Part shown: positions 63,301 through 64,000 of the stretch, one piece after another | How the letters are laid out: each line of letters starts with the position of its first letter | How positions within the stretch are numbered: the first letter of the stretch is position 1 | DNA from: Mobula hypostoma | Lineage: Eukaryota | Length of the DNA stretch: 64,000 nucleotides | Direction: 5' to 3' | NCBI RefSeq assembly: GCF_963921235.1 | Contig: NC_086097.1 | Coordinates: 139,812,001 to 139,876,000 of the forward strand | Notes under the pieces: generated by a model | The model's input: the letters and a program-made list of their open reading frames with translations, nothing else | The model's database searches: none | What the model was told of the DNA's origin: nothing | Made by a program: the position numbers and the translations under genes

Positions 63301-64000
63301 AGATAGTGAGGGGTGTAGGGACTGTAGGGGTTTATGGAGATAGTGAGGGGTGTAGGGACTGTAGGGGTTCATGGAGATAGGGAGGAGTGTAGGGACTAGG
63401 GCATTACAGAAATAGGGAGGGGTGTAGGGACTGTAGGGTACATGGATAGGGACTGTAGGGGTGTATGGAGATAGTGAGGGCTGTAGGGACTGTAGGGGGT
63501 TATAGAGATAGTGAGGGGAGGGTTGCAGGGTCTGTAGGCATTTATGCAGAAGTGAGGGGTGTAGGGACTGTAGGCTTTTATGGAGAAAGTGAGGGGTGTA
63601 GGAAATGTAGGGGGTTCTGGAGATAATGAGGTGTGTAGGGACTGTAGGGGGTTATGGAGATAGTGAGGGGTGTAGGGACTGTAGGGGGTTATGGAGATAG
63701 TGAGGGGTGTAGGGACTGTAGGGGGTTATGGAGATAGTGAGGGGTGTAGGGACTGTAGGGGGTTATGGAGATAGTGAGGGGTGTAGGGACTGTAGGGGTT
63801 CATGGAGATAGGGAGGAGTGTAGGGACGAGGGCATTACAGAGATAGGGAGGGGTGTACGGACTAGTTTACATGGAGATAGTGAGGGGTGTACGGACTGTA
63901 GGGGTTTATGGAGATAGTGAGGGGTGTAGGGACGGTAGGGGGTTTATGGAGAAAGTGAGGGGTGTAGGGACTGTAGGGGGTATATGGAGATAGTGAGGGG
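51395..64000. repeat. Satellite C, ~37-bp unit, more than 12.6 kb, continues past the window end
   Basis: GGGACTGTAGGGGGTTATGGAGATAGTGAGGGGTGTA with recurrent variant units. Confidence 0.98.

Noticed and set aside
51395..64000. Immunoglobulin switch region or telomeric array
   Set aside because: No AGCT-rich pentamers, no Ig exons or recombination signal sequences nearby, and no (TTAGGG)n run.

Overview
Eukaryotic (vertebrate) non-coding DNA. The repeat families present (SGNH-ORF1 CR1 LINEs, tRNA-derived V-SINEs, Penelope/GIY-YIG elements, Rex1-Babar, a sushi-like chromovirus) point to a cartilaginous fish, probably a ray or shark; that assignment is inference. I cannot support any intact cellular protein-coding gene, RNA gene or CRISPR array. 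Every recognisable ORF is a transposon remnant or a reading frame of tandem repeats. Positions 1-49 kb are a mosaic of nested retroelements, unique stretches and several G-rich minisatellites. Positions 49-64 kb are three adjacent ~37-bp G-rich satellite arrays with a 200-N assembly gap. The most interesting signals are: (i) a ~10-kb CpG-retaining domain (~24.6-34.9 kb) with no visible coding exon but dense PBX/MEIS/HOX and homeodomain motif clusters, a candidate developmental regulatory region; (ii) minimal hammerhead-ribozyme relics in Penelope-derived short repeats; (iii) a CR1 inserted antisense into the homologous position of an older CR1, with a twin-priming-like 5' inversion; (iv) evidence that the three terminal satellites derive from one ancestral unit, including a micro-inversion; (v) a clean solo LTR with TSD and an internally deleted two-LTR chromovirus. 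I did not find a demonstrably new biological system. Repeat family names come from recognising motifs by eye, and boundaries of old repeats are approximate.
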